Source: Hypanus sabinus (Eukaryota). Taken from it: a stretch of DNA of 64,000 bases. Every line of letters begins with the position of its first letter. Within the stretch, counting starts at the first letter, position 1. Below are positions 12,440 through 24,189 of the stretch, one piece after another. Both the position numbers and the translations under genes were made by a program. The notes under the pieces are model-generated. The model did no database searches, was not told the DNA's origin, and saw only the letters and a program-made list of their open reading frames with translations. The stretch is taken from the NCBI RefSeq assembly GCF_030144855.1, contig NC_082727.1:44516001-44580000 (forward strand), written 5' to 3'.

Positions 12440-12789
12440 ACACAAGACTGAAGAGCGTTGTGAAGTTGGCACAGCTAGGAGCGTCTTGTAGCAGCTCCCC
12501 TGCTTGCAGCTGTACCTCACCCATGGGGAAGGCTTCAGAGTAAACCCCGAGGGGAAAATCTGAACTCTCTAAGATATTCCTATGTTGAATTCAACACTGA
12601 CTGGCAACTCCAGCAATGTTGCTGGTGCCAAACTGTGTCGGTCTCGGCCATTCCTTTGGATTCACCAGATGCATGGAGAGAGGGAGCTACATGGGAAAAG
12701 CTTGATCTCCATATTGTACTGTCCTGGCTTGTGTATCTAGATAGTTAGGATATGACATCCATGGTCATCCCTGACCGATGGAAGCCTCA
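12440..12789. mobile_element. Unclassified interspersed repeat (possibly LINE-UTR derived)
   Basis: GC-richer block that is neither Gypsy nor Rex1, lying between the Gypsy fragment and the resumption of Rex1. Confidence 0.35.
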
Positions 12790-14519
12790 AATAAATTCAC
12801 TGATGATACGGCCACTGTTGGTAAAATCTCAGATGGAAACATGGACGTAAACAGGAGTGAAATAGATTAGAAGGTCGAGTGATGTCACAACAAAAATCTC
12901 AAGGCCAAGGATTTGATAGTGCAATTCAGGAAGTGGAAGTTTGGAGAACACACACCAATCCTCATTGAGGGGTCAACAATAGAAAGGGTGAGGAGATTTA
13001 TGTTTGGGTGTTGACATCTCAGAGAATCTGTCCTGGTCCAACACATTGGTGCAATCACACAGAAGACACAGCAGCTGCTCTACTTAGTTAGGAGTTGAGG
13101 AGATATGGCATGTTATCAAAGACTTTTACAAATTTCCATAGATAAACATTGTTGAGCATTGTGACTAGTTGTATCACAGCCTAGTATGGAACTTCCAATT
13201 AACAGATTTGCAAGAAGCTGCAGAGGGTTGAAAAGTGAGCCAGCACAATCATAGGCACAACCTTGAGGACATCTTCAAGAAACTGTGTCTCAAGAAGGTG
13301 TTAAGCACCCTCACCTTCTGCAGCATGCCTTCTTCTCTTTACTACCATCAGAAAGGAGATAAAGGATAAAGGATAAAGATAAAAGAAGATGCACACTCAC
13401 CTATTCAGAAGCAATTTCATCCATTCTGTAATCAGACCCAAGTGGTCTATGAACACTATCTCATTATTCCTCTTTTTTCAACACTTTATTTATGTTGTAT
13501 TTCTTAGTATTTTATGTCTTTGCACTGTACTGTTGTGGCAAAACAACAAATTTCACATCATGTAGACAGTTCAAATAACCAAGATTCGGATCCTAATGCC
13601 ATTACCTCACCATTGTTACAAATGTAAATGTATTCAAATTGAAGTTATACAGTTTGTTTAAATTTGCATTAACAACATGATGAAGTCACAGGCTGTTAGC
13701 TGAGGGTACTTGGGAAACTAATGAGACCTTTTCAATTTCTATGCACACATCGTTTAACACTAAGATCCCAACATTTCTGCTGGCATTTCATTGCGACTCC
13801 ACAGGCCATAATATTTCCAGTGTTTTCCACTGTAATCAAAACAGAAGACTAGAACTGATGCAACTTTAAACTATTTTTACCAAATCAGCACCATTGTAAA
13901 AAAATTCCCTATAATTCTAAGCGACTTTTTAATAGAGTACAAAACCATAATTATGGCTCAACAATATACTTGGGATTAAAATATCAGTTTTATTTATGAT
14001 TTTTAAAAATCTATTCAGATTAGACATTTTGATGTATAAGGTGTCTTAAATGTTGAAAAATACTAGCATGGTTTATTTATGAATTTCAATTTCCACTTTA
14101 ATCACTTCATTCAATATGTAAATAATGTTTAAAATGTTAACTAAAAATTGCTCTTTTTGACTCCTGCATTGTTGTCTATGATAATTTGATGATGACTTGG
14201 GAGGATGTTTAAATGCTAGGAATGTCCTCCAGCCATCACCAGAGAGTCACAGATGTTTGTTAAGTTTCTTGTATTTTGATCATTAGGTCTTTGTAAAAAA
14301 CTTTGTGGTCAGCAATGATGGATTATTCTCCCCCAGTGATTGCATATTCCAGGCCCTCTTGTGACTACCTTTCTCTCAATGTATTTACCTTCTCCTTTGT
14401 CTTCAATATTCTCAATCATGCCATTCACCAGAAATTTGTGAAAGATAAGCTACTGCAGATTCCATATCGTATTTTCTTACCAACCATCCCAATGATTATC
14501 TCTTTGTCAAACAAAGCTT

Positions 14520-15587
14520 TGACAATTCCACAAGTCCACAACTTATGACTGTCGCTAAGCACAGCTCCAATTCCATATTCTATTTTGCTGATGACATCAC
14601 TGGCATGGGCTGCATCAAAGGTGGAGATGAATCAGCGTATAGGAGGGAGATTAAAAATCTGGCAGAGCTGTGTCATAACAACAACTTCTTACTCAACATC
14701 AGCAAGACCAACGAGCTGATTATTGACTTCAGGAATAGGAAACCAGAGGTCCATGAACCAGTCTTCATTGGAGGATCAGAGGTGGAGAGGATCAGCAACC
14801 TTAAATTCCTAGGTTTTATTATTTTGGAGGACCTGACCTGGGCCCAGTATGCAAGTACAATTATGAAGAGCAAATGGCAGTGTCTGTACTTCCTTAAGAG
14901 CTTGCGGAGACTTGGCATGACACCTAAAACTTTGACAAACTTCTATAGCTGTGTAGTGAAGAGTATATTGGCTGGTGGCATCACAGCTTGATATGGAAAC
15001 ACCAATGACTTTGAATGGAAAATCCTACAAAAGTAGTGGATAAAGCCCAGTCCATTATGTGTAAAGCCGTCCCAACCATTGAGCACATCTACATGAAATG
15101 CTCTCGCAGGAAAGCAGCATCAACATCAGGGACCCCCCACCACACAGGACATGCTCTCTTTTCGCTGCTGCTATCAGTAAGAAGATACAAGAGCCTCAGG
15201 ATTTACCCCACCAGGTGCAGGAACAGTTAATTCCCTTCAACCATCAGGCTCTTGAACCAAAGGGGGTAACTTCATCAACTTCACTTGCCCCATCATTGAA
15301 TGTCTGAACAACTAATGGATTCACCTTCAAGGACTCTTCATCTCATGTTCTTGATACTTATTGCTTATTTATTTATTATCATTATTTCTTCTTTTTGTAT
15401 TTGCACAGTTTGTTGTCTTCTGCATTCTGGTTGAACACCCTAGTTGGGTGGTCTTTCGTTGATTCTGTTATGGTTATTATTTTATAGAGTTATTGAGTAT
15501 GCTCACAGGAAAACCAATCTCAGGGTTGTACATGATGACGTATCTGTACTTTGATAATAATATTTACTTTGAACTTGAACTTTGAAT
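14520..15587 (+). mobile_element. 5'-truncated Rex1/Babar LINE
   Basis: ORF 14545-14991 (YFADD..KTNELIIDFR..KFLG..LYFLKSLRRLG) and tail TACTTTGAACTTGAACTTTGAA. Confidence 0.9.
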
Positions 15588-15814
15588 TCCTTTCTTCTCA
15601 CCAGTGCTGGTCAGTATTTGCAGCTCTTACAGTATTTTTAAAGAGGAATTATGCTGTTTATATTGGCAGATGTTGCCATTGCTTTTGTATCTTACATTTT
15701 CAATAAAATATGATGTCAGTGTAGTACTTAGTGTGAATCATACACCACACCTACCTTCATTTCGTAGGCTGGAGCACTGCTACAGATTCTCTCTGATCAA
15801 TTAATGATTATGTC

Positions 15815-16315
15815 CTTCTGCAAGGTGTCGACATGAAATGGCAACCATCTTTCTGCCTCAACAGATGTTGCCTGACCCATTGAATCTTACTAGCAGTGTT
15901 TTTTTTTTTGCTGCAGATTATAGTATCTGCAGTGCCTTGTGTCTCCTTTTTGACTTGCTGATACACAGCAAGCACCCCCATCTTCACCATTTCCCATCCC
16001 CTAGTCCCACTCTCATGTTATCTCCTTGCCAACCCATTGCTTCCCTCTGGTGCTCTCCCCCCTTTCTTCTTTCTTTCATGGCCTTCTGTCTCTTTCACCA
16101 ATCAACTTCCTAGCTCTTTGCTTCATCCCTCCCTCTCCAAGTTTCCTCTCCCCCCACATTTCAAATCTCTTTTTTTTCCTCCAGTCCTGCCGAAGGGTTT
16201 TGGCCTTAAACGTTGACTGTAGTTTTTTCCATAGATGCTGCTTGGCCTGCTGAGTTCCTCCAGCATTTTGTGTGCATTGCTCAGATTTCCAGCATCTGAA
16301 GAATTCATCTTGTTT
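15815..16315 (+). mobile_element. Two tandem Penelope-like terminal modules
   Basis: The GATG(C/T)TGC(C/T)TG..CAG(C/T)ATCTG module occurs twice, with a pyrimidine-rich arm and a hammerhead at 16182-16219. Confidence 0.75.
16182..16219 (+). ncRNA. Relic minimal type-I hammerhead ribozyme
   Basis: CAGTC-CTGCCGA-AGGGTTTTGGCCT-TAAAC-GTT-GACTG; stem I intact, core mutated. Confidence 0.6.
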
Positions 16316-17074
16316 GTTAAGGAAACTTGGAAGTGTATGCCCTCGGGGAACTATTTGATAGAACAAATTGTTACATGACAACACATATCAACTTTCCTTA
16401 GGTTCTATTCTTCCCCTTGCACAGACCAGAGCCCAAAGCCTTTGCTGGCATGATTCTTCTACGAATTAACTTCTGGCTAGTTGATTGAATTTCATTTTCT
16501 TGGAGTGTTCCTTTCATTGCCAAAGGGGCTAATTTCCTTTGTTCTACTTCAACCTTTATGAGTTCCAACATGTCATCAGCAAATTTGGGCATGTTTGGAA
16601 TAGAAATTTTGCAGTCCAAAAACTTGTAGTGCTCACAATCACATTTGTTTCCATCCACTGCTCATTACTTTGGAGAGAATGCAGTTAATATTTTGCTGTT
16701 CTTCACTGGAACTCATGGTACTTTTCCACCAAATGACAAATCCAGTAGTGCTTCCTGTTGATTAAAAGTTTATGTGGATTTTATCTGATTAGTTCTTAGA
16801 GTGCTATTAATAGTTTTGGAAAACACCTGTTACTTCCTCGGTCATAGTTACTGACCTCTTGCTCCAGCCTTCTGATTGAGCATAGAGTGTAGTATTCAAC
16901 AATGAGTCCTTTCCAGAAAGAATGTTTCAGTATTTATGCAGTTGAATGAGAAAGAGAAGACAATTATAATTCATTCGCATTTTTAAAGTTACTTTTGAAG
17001 AATGGGCCTCCTTATTTTTAAAATATTATTTTGTAATTTCCACTGTTGGAAATTTATGGACTTGTTTGAAACTT

Positions 17075-17205
17075 GAGTCCTGATGAAAGGGCTCCATCAA
17101 AAATGTCAACTAATATTTCACTCTGTGGATGCTGCCTGACCTGCTGAGTTCCTTCAACTTTTAGTGTGTTGTCCCAGATTCCAGCACCTGCAGTCTCTAG
17201 TGTTC
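17075..17205 (+). mobile_element. Penelope-like terminal module with relic hammerhead (CTGATGA core intact at 17080-17086)
   Basis: GAGTC-CTGATGA-AAGGGCTCCATC-AAAAAT-GTC-AACT, then GATGCTGCCTGACCTGCTGAGTTCC...CCAGCACCTGCAG. Confidence 0.7.
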
Positions 17206-17387
17206 AGTCATACCACACAAGTTGCTCAGGAGCCAGTTCTCTGATTGACATTCAGTAAGGAATATTTCCTTTGAAGTTTTGTCAATTTTTAGGGCTAAAC
17301 ATACTCTGAAATCCATTCCATGGAAATTCAGTGACTTTACAAAGCAATCTGTTTACTGTTAATGACTGATGTTGAATTTCTAGGCAA

Positions 17388-17604
17388 TGATGCACCATCA
17401 ATAACTCACTCTGAGACATGAAGGCGAGATATCGGCTTTTATTGACTGGAAGAAGGAACAAGCAGTAGTTGACCACCATACTACATCCTGGAGACTGAGA
17501 GGCCGGGCTCAGGCCTCAATCGCCTTTATACCGGGGTCTGTGGGAGGAGCCACAGGAGCAATCAGCAGGGGGTGTGTCCAGACAGGTATATGTAGTTCAC
17601 CACA
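17388..17604 (-). mobile_element. Solo LTR (217 bp), copy 1
   Basis: TG...CA ends and a perfect 5-bp TSD GGCAA (17383-17387 / 17605-17609). The minus strand has TATAAAG and AATAAA. A close second copy lies at 21364. Confidence 0.9.
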
Positions 17605-19069
17605 GGCAAATATGCAGGATGGCATTGCTTTAATGGAAAAATCATCTCTAAAATCTGCCAACATCTGAATCATACACAAATTGCAATTTGAACCACATTA
17701 TAGCTTTAAGGCAATAAGCTTTCATGCACCTGGATTCTTAGAAGTTGGAGACAAGGATGTCTGCACCTCCCAAGATTTGTCTCCCATTGTTATTCAAGGG
17801 AAGTAACTAAAATAAAAACCACACCAAAGAGAGAAAAACACAATTCATTCATTATTGTCTGACCACAGATGGGCTGCACAGTTGTTTTTGCCTTGGTATA
17901 GGGGGCCACTGAACATGTACCTGAGAAGCATTCTATTCCTTCATTGTTACTCTGTTGATATGGTAACAAGAAGCGCACCACACAGGTCATTGGGAGTTGT
18001 TCCAGCTGCAGTCATGACGGTGCCATTTTGTGATGAGGGGAAATTTAGATTGAAGCAGCTTGTAAATCAAATGATGATGGGATGACTCCTTCACACATTA
18101 CATTCATTTGCAAAATGCTTACCAGAACCTGCTCCTGACACAGGATGTCTCTAGGAGGTGCATTGATTATAAGTAATCCAAGGTCATCTTTTAATTCATG
18201 CTAGAAACTCATGCTACTGGAATCCTGCTGAAGCTTGCAGCTAATTAACAAATTAGTTAGCACTGACTGGATGCTGAAATCATCAAATTGAGCAGAGGGC
18301 ATGAAGATGGCATGTTGTCTACAATGGAATCACTGACACTATAATCTCCATATCTGTTTTTCTTTTTGAAGAGGGGACAAACATTGAATTTAGCTCCCTA
18401 ATGGTTTAATACTCCAAGACAGAGCATGGCCTGAGACCCAGGTGAGGATAGTAACGACCAAGTGCTGGAGAATCCGAGACTAGAATTGAGACACAATACG
18501 AGGCTGAGGCGAGAACAGGTTCTAAACAAGGCGGCAGACAGGAATCCAAAGTAAAACTGAAAATTGAGTACCAGACCTCAGTTCTTTAAATATTAGAATC
18601 CCCTGCCAAAACATCACTGCCAATTAGCCTGAATCTTTAACAGGGCTGCTCCAGCTGTCCATATTCTGGAGATCAGAGCGTCTAACCCCTGGAAGCTGGT
18701 GCGGTCGTGTGCATATTGTAACACAGGGCGACACTCTACCTCTGGTAGTACTGGAAGTCATCAGTTCCCATTGAACAACTGCACAAATCAATTTGTTCTG
18801 AATGAGGAGTAAAATATCCATAGGAAAGCTACAGAATTCAATTTACTATCAGGATATTTAAAAACTGCTGTTATGCTTATATTTTTCTATCTGTTTTAGG
18901 CCCAAAGGTATTTCTAATTCCTTGGTACACCAAAGACAGGACAGTTTCCTTCCAATAAGCCAATAAGCCATCTCATTTCATTCCGAGACTGCCATTCCAA
19001 GCAAGGTCTTACAAATTCATTCTAAGTGTGCATGCCTGTGGTCACAATCATACAGCCTTTGTCATACAG

Positions 19070-19665
19070 TCACACAGCACAGACATGGGCTAGAATGCCT
19101 ATCTAATCTAGTTCCATTTGCCTGTGCTTGCCCCATAATCCTTCACTATCCATGTTCTTGTCCAAGTATCTTTTAAATGTTTTTAATGTACCTTCCTCAG
19201 TAACTTCCTCTGGAAGCTCATTCCATATTCAAATCAACCTCGCGGTGAAAAAAAGTTACCCTTCTGGTTCCTCTCTCAGTCTAAATCTAGGCCATCAACT
19301 TCTAAATTCCACAATCCTGTGCAAAAGGCTGTGTGCATTCACCTTTTCTATTCCCTTCATAATTGTAGATCTCCTTGTAAGATCACCTTCTCCCCTAGGA
19401 ATGAAGTCCCAATCTGTCCAACCTCTCTCTATAACTCAATCATTCAAGTCCCAGAAACATCCTCTTAAAACTTCTCTGCCTCTTTCCAGCTTAATGGCAC
19501 ATTACCTATATCTGGGTGAGCAGAAATGAACTCAATTTTCCAAATATGGCCCCACCAATGTCTTGTGTAGCTGCAGCATAATATTCCTTCACCTGTACTC
19601 AGTGTCTGACTGATGAAGGCCAGTATGCCAAATGCTTTCTTCACCACCGTATTTACCTATGACCC
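19070..19665 (-). mobile_element. Decayed CR1 3' fragment
   Basis: VKKAFGILAFISQ motif; 3' UTR remnant ending CATACAGTCACACAGCACAG. Confidence 0.8.
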
Positions 19666-19799
19666 TATTTTTAAGGAACCATAGATAGAGCAAATGCTTT
19701 TTTCTGTTGGAGTAACGTAACGTTTTGGACAAACCATTTATCAATTATGAGTAATATCAAAAAAGTAATATACTTGATGTACTTAAAATACACATTCAG

Positions 19800-20515
19800 C
19801 TTTTTAGGAACAGTTTCTTCCCCTCTGCCATCAGATTTCTGAAAGGTCCACAAACCCATGAACGCTACTTCACCATTTTTCACTCTTTTTACACTAGTTT
19901 TTTTAAAATGTTTTCTTATTGTACCTTATCTGGCATATGGGGTGTCCAGGGAGGGGTAGCCCCTTTGGTGAAGGGGTGTGTCATGTCCATTCTGGGGCAA
20001 CTCACTCATCTTTGGTCCCCACCAGCACTCACTCGTGGCTCCAAGTAGCTGTTTGCATGCAACAGTGGTCACACCCCACTATAACTGCTTTGATAAGCAG
20101 GCTAAACCAGGTGATGGTAGCTGGTGACCTCATGCCATAGTGATGCTTGTCCTAGAATGTGACACCAGCTCCAGCGGATTGGGCCGATGAGATCCAACAG
20201 CCAGGAAAGTGGTACTGCAACACTCTGCGGAGAAATCATCATGGCTATCCACTACAACCAAGGAAGACCCCAGTTTATCACACTTATTTGTACCACTGGA
20301 TGCAGGCTTCTGAGGTCGAGGGAGTGGATCTGCTCCGGAGCAACAGGTTTCCCAATTTAAAAAACCCTTCTGCACAAGTTTCCTGTCGTAATCGGACATA
20401 ATAACAACCATAAAAACTTGTGACTTACATTTGTTTTTATGTATTACGCTGTACTGCCTCTGTAAAACAAAAAATTTCACAACATATATCAGTGATAATA
20501 AACCTGATTCTGACA
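19800..20515 (+). mobile_element. Rex1-type 3' tail interrupted by a ~460-bp GC-richer repeat (19920-20385, RTE-5'-like, unverified)
   Basis: GGAACAGTTTCTTCCCCTCTGCCATCAGATTTCTGAA at ~19807 and AAATTTCACAACATATATCAGTGATAATAAACCTGATTCTGA at ~20472-20512 flank an unrelated block. Confidence 0.55.
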
Positions 20516-21039
20516 TAAAGTAAAAATTATTAAATGCTAACTTTCAGTTACAAGAATTACTCTCTTATCCAAGTCAGAGTTCACAGGGAGCAGCCCAATT
20601 GTTGGAGTATATCATCACCTCTGAGGGAGATTCTTAGTTAGAACAAACCATTCAGATGGCCAGAAAAAACTCTGGTACTTCAGTATATTTAGACATAATT
20701 CCTCTGGTGCTCCAGGCAACATTTATTCAATACCTTGTTACCGCCTTAGTGTTCATTTTAGAATATTGATGTATGCAAATATTCTGCTGTGCTTCAATGT
20801 AATACAATATACATTTTAAAAATGATTTAATTGATTTCATAATGCTTTGGGGCACTCTAAGGCATTGAAAGCCATAATAATAAGCCACATAATTTGTTTT
20901 CTTTGAAATGGCTTCCAATTACTCCTTTAATTGATTCTGACAACTGAACATGGTGCAGAAGGCACGTTGAATTTGCATATCTCCAAATTCAATTTATAAC
21001 AGATTGATTCATGATCACGGGTGTCAACCAGGGTGTTAA

Positions 21040-21650
21040 GTATGAAAGCAATGAAGTGAACAGAAGAACAGGAAGACCAGGGATACAGCTCTGGAGTAAC
21101 AACGTGTCACATCCACCAGGTTCCTTGGGCAGCATCTTCAAAAGCTATGACTTCTACCAGCCAGAAGGACAAGTGCTGAAAAAGAATTGAAGCCCTACAA
21201 CCAGCAGTTTCCCTCCAGGACGCAAGCCACTGTGACCTGGAAATGTATCCTTTCCTTTAATGCTGCTGGGTCAAAATCCCAGAACCCCAATATTCGTAGG
21301 ATTGTGGGTATTACACAGACCTCAAGGACTGTAGTAGTTCCTGAAGGAGGCACAATGCCACTGTGATGCACCATCAATAACTCTCTGAGACGTGACGCGA
21401 GATATCGGCTTTTATTGACTGGAAGAAAGAACAAGCAGTAGTTGACCACCATACTACATCCTGGAGACTGAGGGCAGGGCTCAGGCCTCAATTGCCTTTA
21501 TACCGGGGTCTGTGGGAGGAGCCACGGTCAGTGGGAGGGCCACAGGAGCAGTCAGCGGGGGGGGGGGCGTGCCCAGACAGGTAGATGTAGTTCACCACAT
21601 GCTGTCTCAAGGGCAACTTGAGAGGGGCGATTAAATACTGACTTAGCCTT
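21040..21650 (+). mobile_element. Old CR1-like 3' UTR fragment hosting solo LTR copy 2
   Basis: GCTGGGTCAAAATCCCAGAAC...GGACTGTAGTAGTTC..|..TCTCAAGGGCAACT...AAATACTGACTTAGCC resembles the fragment around 52140-52220. Confidence 0.6.
21364..21599 (-). mobile_element. Solo LTR, copy 2
   Basis: Aligns end to end with 17388-17604 and has an extra internal repeat of GTGGGAGG(A)GCCAC. Flanks are CACTG / TGCTG. Confidence 0.9.
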
Positions 21651-21817
21651 TGATTGAACAAAACAGAATCCACTTCATGAACACACTAATCAGAACTAGA
21701 ATCTGATTTATTGCCACTGGTTTTTATGATGTGAAACTTGCATGTTTTGTGGCAGCAGTACAGTGAAAGCAAGTAATTGCTACTTGTGGCAGAGACAGTG
21801 GTAGAACAAATTTTGGT

Positions 21818-21842
21818 CACACACACACACACACACACACAC
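21818..21842. repeat. (CA)12 microsatellite
   Basis: Read directly. Confidence 0.95.
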
Positions 21843-22911
21843 CTTCTATTATTATAAGTGTTAACTCTGGTAAAAAAAAATTCAGTCAAGATTCAAACAC
21901 TTGGAGGTGCACTGTTTTGAGCCACTGAGATACTTGAACACCAAAAAAAAAACACAGAAGAGAGCCTTTGAAAAGATCACGGTCACCTGTTATGTATTCT
22001 GGGCCTAGTCAATTCTAGCAGCAGGCTTTTCAATACATTCAGTCTGTGCCTGCTGTGCTTTACATACAAATGTGAAGAGTAATGAGATAGTATTACATCA
22101 TCCACAGCACAGGATGCTCCAGATCCAAACCCTTGTGGGAATTTAGGAAAAAGTTATTTGAGATAATGCTGCAATAGAAATTGTGCAAGTAGGTTCTGAA
22201 AACTTCAAAATGTGCTTTTCTCAAAGGCATTAAGCTGTTTCATTCCATGTTGCCTTTAAGCAATGGCTGTTCAATTAATAATAAATTGAAAAACTGTATT
22301 TTGCCTTCAGTTTAAGAATAGCTTGTGCAATTCATTAGGTCAAAAGTAAGAGAAGTGACAGATTCTGTCACTCATTCTGCACTCTTTGTGTTGTGTGCCG
22401 TGCCAAGCAGGAGATGGCAGTAGAGGCCACAGAAGTTTACCTGGGGTAGAGAGGACAGTGTGAACTAAAGTTTCACTAGTGGGGCATTGTTTATTCCTTT
22501 CAGCTTCCCAGACAACACCAGTAGACGTCCAGCCTAGTTAGTGGAAAAAAACAGGAAACTAAAGGTCTGGCAAGGCCAGAGAAAAATCAAAAACATATCA
22601 AACAGTAAGGAGAATTACTTAATAAGGAAACATTTACGGATCTAGTCTTGGTTTTTGATTTTATATATTTAATGATACAGTTGCATGTATATGCCACTTC
22701 AAAAGATAATTTTTTTTCCATGGGTAAGCTAACTTTAAATTAAATAAAATTGTGGGATATGAACATCAAGCCAGCAGCAGAGTATGTTGTAATTAAAGCA
22801 ATCTTGCGTTCAAGACAGAAAGCTATTTTTAAAGTCTAAAATTAAGGAGGTGTGACTACATTTTAGTTATGGTGGTTAAGTAGAAAAATAATCTGCAATT
22901 GTATATTTCAA

Positions 22912-23165
22912 GGGGTGGCACGATAGCAACTCAGTTAGCAGAGCGCTATTACAGTGCTAGCGACTCCGGTTCAATGCTGCTGTCTGTAAGTTTATACATT
23001 TTCCCTGCGACGGTGTGGGTGTCCTCTGTGTGCTCCATTTCCCTCCCACACCCCAAAGATGAATTGGTCAGTTGGTTAATGGATCCATTGCTGTAATTGG
23101 GCAGTGTGGGCTTTTTGGGTCAGAATAGATGGTTACAATACTGTATCATTATATAAGTAAATAAA
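22912..23165 (+). mobile_element. tRNA-derived SINE (HE1/V-SINE-like), decayed
   Basis: GGTGGCACGATAGC A-box region, GGTTCAATGC B-box, and central GTGTGGGTGTCCTC..GTGCTCCATTTCCCTCCCAC..CCAAAGA. Confidence 0.75.
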
Positions 23166-23236
23166 CAGAAATAGACACATTATTAATTTGATTAAAAGAA
23201 CCTTTTTGTTACCTCATTCATTAATAAAATTAGTTA

Positions 23237-23475
23237 TATTGCATATTTAATATTTCCATAATATTTGAGTAATATTATTGGATTAAACAGTCTTTGTTGT
23301 TTAAATAATTCATTATGTGTTATATTGTAAAAGTATGTGAATGGCATACGTCATTTTGCTGCCACGTCACATGTGTGTACCTCGCTAGAGTAAAAATGAA
23401 ACTAAGCACAGGCATCTCCTGTCTCCGTGCTTTTCATTCAATTAGTTTTATATTTTGGCATTATAAAACATAATA
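23237..23475 (+). repeat. Gypsy 5' LTR
   Basis: Direct repeat of 34218-34467; terminal dinucleotides have decayed. Confidence 0.88.
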
Positions 23476-24189
23476 GTGGCAACAAGGAAGTGTTGAATGA
23501 ATCCAAGACAACTATCCACCAGTTGAAATGCAGTGAGACATTCAAATTTTTTTCAAAAAGACAGAAAATAGATGAATTCACGTGTTGCTAGACAGTGAGT
23601 ACTGGGTGGTAGTGATTACAAATAAATGAAAAGGAACACAGAAGTAAATGGCTACAAAAGGAAAGATAGATGCATTTGATTGCACAATTGTCAACTAGCT
23701 AATACGTAGAGAGAAAATTGAATGGTATATTAAAGCAAATGGAAAAGACAATGAGAAAAGAGTGCCAGGTGTGCTGTGTGGTATTGGTGGAAGAGCATAC
23801 AGTTTGCTTAGAAGTTTAACAGCTACAACAAAACCAACCAAAAATGAGCTTTGTTGATCTTCTCAAAGTAATGCAGGAACATTTACAACCAAAAGCATTG
23901 TTGATTGCAGAATGCCTAATTTAACTTTTGTGGTTGAATTGAAGAGATTGTTTGAGCATTATCAGTTCAGGTATGGGCTTAATGATGTACTGAGAGAACT
24001 ATTCATTTGTGGAATCTTACAAGAAAGCATTCAAACATGGCTCCTAACTGAAGCACAATTCACATTTAAAAAAGCAGTTGAAATTACTTTATCAATGGAA
24101 ACAGAGCAGTAGAAAGTGATGCAATTGAATTGCAGTCAGGAATGAAAGTGAGCATGAACAAAATTGCAACATCTGAACAGAAACTTACC

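Larger units (their letters stand above)
7955..13595 (+). mobile_element. Decayed Rex1/Babar LINE ORF2, interrupted at ~8776-9184 and ~10191-12789
   Basis: APE endonuclease motifs (FTET, HPDAFLIIADDFNQA); RT motifs (GPNGVPGWVLKTCA, VPTCFKRAAIVMVPKK..CLNDY); KFTDDT at ~12794; C-terminus and tail AAAACAACAAATTTCAC. Confidence 0.85.

Noticed and set aside
12440-12789. HDV-like ribozyme in RTE-like UTR blocks (also 19920-20385)
   Set aside because: I could not trace the nested double-pseudoknot pairings.
16398-16658. 86-aa ORF with KFADD as a host gene or novel RT
   Set aside because: Most likely an ancient LINE remnant; no other motifs or splice support.
18415-18660. Possible LTR remnant on the minus strand
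   Set aside because: No termini, TSD or second copy could be identified.
18880-19010. Strong-looking splice acceptor TTTTTCTATCTGTTTTAG
   Set aside because: All three frames hit stops within ~70 nt, before any good donor.
17388-21599. Two LTRs as ends of a 4.2-kb provirus
   Set aside because: Copy 1 has its own perfect TSD, and the interval contains no gag/pol, PBS or PPT.
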